Under the pieces are notes generated by a model. It saw only the letters and a list, made by a program, of their open reading frames with translations. It was not told where the DNA came from and did not search any database. From NCBI GenBank assembly GCA_000008085.1, contig AE017199.1, positions 450,001 through 482,000 of the forward strand: DNA of 32,000 bases. Reading direction: 5' to 3'. Position numbers and translations under genes: made by a program. This stretch comes from Nanoarchaeum equitans Kin4-M (GTDB lineage: Archaea > Nanobdellota > Nanobdellia > Nanobdellales > Nanoarchaeaceae). This document shows, in pieces, positions 31,777 to 32,000 of the stretch (position 1 is its first letter; every line of letters starts with the position of its first letter).

Positions 31777-32000
31777 ATGGATTTTGAGGCTATAGCCAAA
31801 AAATTCGGTCTAAAAAAGCGGTATGTGGAACATTTATTATATTATTCCTATTTCTACAAACCTGTAAACTTTGATAAAATAGAAATACCTAAGGAAAACT
31901 TGCAATGGTGGGCCAGAGAGATATTAAAACTACAAAGACCTACAAAAGAGAGATTGCCTTTTTATGAAAAAATATGGGAGAAACATAAAGAATTTAGCGA
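31777..32000 (+). CDS. Hypothetical protein, N-terminal part; the ORF runs off the right window edge
   Basis: My hand translation is MDFEAIAKKFGLKKRYVEHLLYYSYFYKPVNFDKIEIPKENLQWWAREILKLQRPTKERLPFYEKIWEKHKEFS..., with no stop before nt 32000. The TATA-like TAATAAAT at 31749-31756 is 24.5 nt upstream. Confidence 0.4.
   Translation, partial: MDFEAIAKKFGLKKRYVEHLLYYSYFYKPVNFDKIEIPKENLQWWAREILKLQRPTKERLPFYEKIWEKHKEFS

Noticed and set aside
1-32000. Search for CRISPR arrays, insertion sequences, integrases, long terminal or direct repeats, and rRNA
   Set aside because: I saw no regularly spaced repeats, transposase or integrase motifs, or rRNA-like GC-rich blocks. Outside the tRNAs and the 4941-5000 island, the sequence is uniformly AT-rich coding DNA.

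Overview
This is an AT-rich (roughly one-third G+C by eye), almost gap-free archaeal chromosome segment. It holds about 46 protein-coding ORFs (two run off the window edges) and 3 high-GC tRNA genes. I found no rRNA, CRISPR array, transposase or integrase. Information-processing genes dominate: PheRS alpha, AspRS, aEF-2, aIF6, SBDS, L40e, L32e, S2, RpoH, Spt5, PCNA, ATP-dependent DNA ligase, Topo VI-A, AGOG glycosylase, proteasome alpha, prefoldin beta and GatC. They lie singly rather than in the canonical archaeal operons. The gene at 18614-19375 is the C-terminal piece of a split family-B DNA polymerase and begins with a 30-aa split-intein C fragment. Together with the base composition, leaderless tRNAs and scrambled gene order, this points to Nanoarchaeum equitans or a very close relative; that assignment rests on my memory of published work, not on a search. 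The observations most worth a second look are: (1) a very regular promoter ruler, in which A/T palindromes (TTTATAAA, TTTTAAAA) sit about 24.5 nt from start codons and tRNA 5' ends, and single boxes lie exactly midway between divergent genes; (2) a minimal ThiS/Urm1-like GG protein co-transcribed with a HIT hydrolase, next to the proteasome alpha subunit and a TtuA/NcsA-type PP-loop thiolase; (3) a stand-alone DUF5591 protein carrying the complete ArcS motif, start/stop-overlapped with a HerA-like ATPase; (4) a PAPS-reductase-like PP-loop protein with an unrecognised N-terminal domain; (5) a four-ORF chain of small coiled-coil and membrane/Cys-containing proteins, including a 43-aa ORF missing from the ORF track, possibly pilin-like; (6) an isolated 60-nt GC-rich island with mutually exclusive hairpins at the 5' end of an orphan ORF. 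All functional calls come from motif recognition by eye; no database search was possible.
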